A DNA stretch of 63,980 nucleotides, filler included, from a bacterium (lineage in GTDB: Bacteria > JBBIVP01), in assembly GCA_037439705.1 (NCBI GenBank). It is 7 parts of 7 records of this genome, joined end to end, with 100 filler letters (N's around TTAATTAATTAA, not from the genome) between each part and the next. Parts side by side here need not be neighbours in the genome. Positions count along the whole stretch, not along the records: positions 56,027 to 63,980 come from JBBIVP010000101.1; 6 more parts are not named here. One strand, given 5' to 3'. The notes beneath the pieces are model-generated. The model saw only the letters and a program-made list of their open reading frames with translations. It searched no databases and had not been told where the DNA came from. Positions within the stretch are counted from its first letter, which is position 1; every line of letters starts with the position of its first letter. Both the position numbers and the translations under genes were made by a program. Of the stretch, positions 61,040 through 63,980 are shown piece by piece.

Positions 61040-62515
61040 TCAAAATTCCATAGATTCAAGAAAAATTTTTTCAAATTCTTCATTCATTGCCAGTTCAACG
61101 GTCTCCAGTTTTGAGATTATGTTCTCTAATTCATTCCTTGCACTTTCAAATTTTTTTATCAAAAGAAAAGCTCCGTTCAGTGCTGAAGTTTCTATAAATT
61201 TTATATTCCCCCTGAAACCCGGAGGCATGAATCTGCAGCTGAGAAAGGCTTCGGTATCAATGCTTTTTCCAAATCCACCTGTTATAATAATTTCATTTAT
61301 GTCCTCCAGTTTTATTCCTGTTTTTTTAAGAAGGATTTTTATTCCGGATTGCACAGCGGATTTGGCAAGTTGAAACTCTCTTATGTCCTTCTGAGTTATA
61401 AAAACATCCTTTTCTCCCCTCCAGAGATAAAAAGCCTTTTTTTCTCTTTCAAAATACTTATCAAAGGGATGTGGAATTGCTTCAGAAAATTTTCCATCTT
61501 TCATCAGTATCCCTTTTTTTAACATCTCGCTTACAGCACTTATAAATCCACTTCCACATATTCCCAAAGGATTAACATTTCCTATCACCTCAAGTTTAAT
61601 ATCTCCTTCCAGCCAAACCCTTTCAATTGCTCCTTTCTCAGCCCTCATTCCGCATGAAAGACTTCCTCCTTCAAAGGCTGGACCTGCAGGGACGGAGCAT
61701 GCAACAAGATTTTTTCCGTCATTAAGAACAATCTCTCCGTTTGTCCCGAGGTCCATGTATAAAGAAGGAAGAGACTTTTTGTGGAATTCGGAAAAGAGAA
61801 GTCCTGTCATTACATCTGCTCCTATGAACCCAGAAGGAAATGGAGGAATGTAAAGAAGTCCTGAGAAGGAAAGCCCGGTGGAGCGGGCGTCAATTATTAA
61901 TCCTCCCTTGAATTTGGGGATATAGGGAAATATTCCGAGAGGAAAGGGGTCAATACCGAGAAAAATGTGAAGCATTGTTGGATTTCCCACCACAATTGTT
62001 GAGCTTATCTCTTTTTCCTTTAATTTTAACCTCTGGAAAAATGATTCTGCTATTTCATTAAGTTTTTTTATCAACATCTCTTTAAAGGTTTCAAGCATAC
62101 CTTCAGTGGTTGAGCGATAAATTCTGGTTATTATGTCCGTTCCAAAAACCCTCTGGGGATTTTCCGTGGCTGCAACAAAAAAGGGATTTCCGTCCATCCC
62201 TGTGAGGGCGGATAGAATTGTTGTTGTCCCTATATCAAAAGCCAGCCCAAATTCTTTATCCGCTTCCCTATCTTCACGGAGGACAGTAAAATTTGGTTTT
62301 TCCTCTTTTATTTCTAAAAAAGCATCTCCTTCAACCTTTGAAGTGCATGCAAGAACCTCTTTTCCGTTTACTCTTACCCTGCACTTTTCACATATTCCAA
62401 GTCCTCCACAGGGTGAATCTACATATATTTGATTTTTTGTGAGAACATCAAGAACCTTTTCTCCTTCTTCCGCTTCAATTTCAATTCCGAGATTTTTAAT
62501 GAAGAGTTTAGCCAC
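61040..62515 (-). CDS. 2Fe-2S + ASKHA-domain protein (RACo/DUF4445 corrinoid-activator family)
   Basis: CGGLGICEKC..LAC, DIGTTT, DLGTNGE, AGPAFEG, GICGSG, DIREFQLAK. Confidence 0.88.
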   Translation of the reverse strand: MAKLFIKNLGIEIEAEEGEKVLDVLTKNQIYVDSPCGGLGICEKCRVRVNGKEVLACTSKVEGDAFLEIKEEKPNFTVLREDREADKEFGLAFDIGTTTILSALTGMDGNPFFVAATENPQRVFGTDIITRIYRSTTEGMLETFKEMLIKKLNEIAESFFQRLKLKEKEISSTIVVGNPTMLHIFLGIDPFPLGIFPYIPKFKGGLIIDARSTGLSFSGLLYIPPFPSGFIGADVMTGLLFSEFHKKSLPSLYMDLGTNGEIVLNDGKNLVACSVPAGPAFEGGSLSCGMRAEKGAIERVWLEGDIKLEVIGNVNPLGICGSGFISAVSEMLKKGILMKDGKFSEAIPHPFDKYFEREKKAFYLWRGEKDVFITQKDIREFQLAKSAVQSGIKILLKKTGIKLEDINEIIITGGFGKSIDTEAFLSCRFMPPGFRGNIKFIETSALNGAFLLIKKFESARNELENIISKLETVELAMNEEFEKIFLESMEF

Positions 62516-62531
62516 AGGTGATTTCCAAAAT

Positions 62532-63254
62532 TTATTGAACTATAATTTTTTCTCCTTCTATCTCCTCAATAAGCTTCTTGAAATTCAGGTCAATTTGAAT
62601 CTGTTTCTCAAGACCATCCAGTTGTTCCTTTGCTATTCTTCTCGGGTCATCAAGGTTAATGGAAAAGCCAATTCTTCTGCTCAAAAATTCCAGTGCGGAA
62701 AGAACCGCAGGGTAATAAACAACATTCGGAATATATGCAGGTACACTGAACCAGAAAGTGGTTGCATCAAGGTTTCTTTTTCTACTTTCATAAATGATAA
62801 AACTGTGTATTGAACCAGGACCATGATAATTTACAACTCCACAATCAGGTTCTTCCCTCAAGTTTTCCTTACTCGTAACAATTGAAATCCTCTGTGCCTT
62901 TCTGTGGGAAACCCTGTCATACATGCTTCCTATGGTAAAAATTCTATTTACTTTGTTTGCCTCAAGGAGACCAAAAATTTCTTCCACATATTCTCCCCAT
63001 CTTAAATCGGGTTCAAATCCGATGGAAACTATGAACCCCTTTTTTTCGCAGAGAAAGAAGTTTGTTGAAGGTTCCTTAACACTTTTTATCAATCCGCCAT
63101 CAATCAAAAAATATGGACGGGTATGTGTTATGACATTGTAACCTTTAATCTCTTTTATTAAATGGGGATTAAAACTGCTCAATATGTATCTGACCGTTTC
63201 TGTGGAGACCATTCCTGCATCAGACCATCCGTAGAAGCCTGCCAGAAAAATCAT
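62532..63254 (-). CDS. PAC2-family (proteasome assembly chaperone-like) protein
   Basis: GFYGWSDAG, RP, GFEPDLRW, YHGPGSI, VPAY. Confidence 0.8.
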   Translation of the reverse strand: MIFLAGFYGWSDAGMVSTETVRYILSSFNPHLIKEIKGYNVITHTRPYFLIDGGLIKSVKEPSTNFFLCEKKGFIVSIGFEPDLRWGEYVEEIFGLLEANKVNRIFTIGSMYDRVSHRKAQRISIVTSKENLREEPDCGVVNYHGPGSIHSFIIYESRKRNLDATTFWFSVPAYIPNVVYYPAVLSALEFLSRRIGFSINLDDPRRIAKEQLDGLEKQIQIDLNFKKLIEEIEGEKIIVQ

Positions 63255-63396
63255 GATTTAATTATACCTGTGAACTTAAAATAGGTCAAATTTATGTACA
63301 AGTTTTATACATTTATGGAATTTTACAATTTTTTTCAGCACATTCTTTTTTTCTTTATACCCCTCTACTCTGTAGTAACCTGAAAGAGATAATGTT

Positions 63397-63425
63397 TTGA
63401 CTTTTTAAATGAAATGAGATATGAT
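63397..63425 (+). promoter_or_regulatory. Sigma70-type promoter of the response regulator gene
   Basis: TTGACT, 17-bp spacer, TATGAT, 23 nt before the ATG. Confidence 0.55.
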
Positions 63426-63448
63426 ATAAAAAATTTAAGGAGAAGGAA

Positions 63449-63980
63449 ATGGCAAAAAAGATATTAGTGGCGGATGACAGCATTACCATCCAGAAAGTTA
63501 TGAAGATGGCATTCGCAAATCAGGATGTGGAACTAACCATCATTGATAATGGAATAGACGCCATAAAGAAAACAAAAGAACTTATGCCCGACCTCGTATT
63601 GGCGGATGTCCTCATGCCCGGGAAAAATGGATACGAGGTATGTAAAGCAATAAAATCGGACAGCAAAACAAAACACATTCCTGTTCTTCTTCTTGTAGGA
63701 GCCTTTGAAACCTTTGATGAAAATCTGGCAAGGGAAGCCGGTTATGACGGTCATATAACAAAACCCTTTGATACAGCCACTTTGCTTTCAAAGGTAAAAG
63801 AAGCAATGGAAAAGGGAAAAGAAGAGGAAGTGGTTGAAATGGAGATTGAGGAGGAACCAAAAGAACCCGAAGAAAGTTTTGAATCCCTTGAAGAAACAAT
63901 GGAACCCGAGGGTATCTACGAACTGGTAACAGAGGAGCCTGAAGAAAGCATTTATGAACCAGAGGAAATAGCGCCTGAAG
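63449..63980 (+). CDS. RomR-like response regulator (receiver domain + acidic linker), runs off window (not in ORF track)
   Basis: Hand translation: MAKKILVADDSITIQKVMKMAFANQDVELTIIDNGIDAIKKTKELMPDLVLADVLMPGKNGYEVCKAIK...IPVLLLVGAFETFDENLAREAGYDGHITKPF, then a Glu/Pro-rich region. Confidence 0.88.
   Translation, partial: MAKKILVADDSITIQKVMKMAFANQDVELTIIDNGIDAIKKTKELMPDLVLADVLMPGKNGYEVCKAIKSDSKTKHIPVLLLVGAFETFDENLAREAGYDGHITKPFDTATLLSKVKEAMEKGKEEEVVEMEIEEEPKEPEESFESLEETMEPEGIYELVTEEPEESIYEPEEIAPE

Overview
AT-rich bacterial draft-genome sequence. It is not one locus: seven unrelated contigs of about 9 kb are joined by identical 100-nt N/TTAATTAATTAA linkers, and the five complete contigs fall in descending length order. 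Content is mostly housekeeping: purA, purF, pyrE, trpS-scpAB, tuf-rpmG-secE-nusG-rplKAJL-rpoBC, gap-pgk-tpiA, nrdJ with tandem NrdR boxes, trxB, queF, ade, tamB-tamA and 4 tRNAs. There are also myxobacteria/deltaproteobacteria-like genes: a RomR-like regulator, two Ser/Thr kinases, PP2C, a zinc-ribbon protein, a PEGA protein, an M6 protease and a lipase-like lipoprotein. No CRISPR array, integrase or transposase was recognised. The best novel candidate is an unannotated ~100-nt GC-rich hairpin (17501-17599). A near-consensus sigma70 promoter places the transcription start at the hairpin base, and the loop is complementary to an RBS+AUG. It lies divergent from an SfsA/GIY-YIG double-nuclease gene. 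Other notable points: a complementary (heteromeric) acyl-CoA dehydrogenase pair, a loop-deleted CC-adding-type tRNA nucleotidyltransferase, an rpmG stop codon inside tRNA-Trp, rifampicin-pocket substitutions in RpoB, and several short deletions/frameshifts (tuf, arsC, M6 protease) that may be assembly artefacts. All calls come from motif recognition by eye; no database searches were run.
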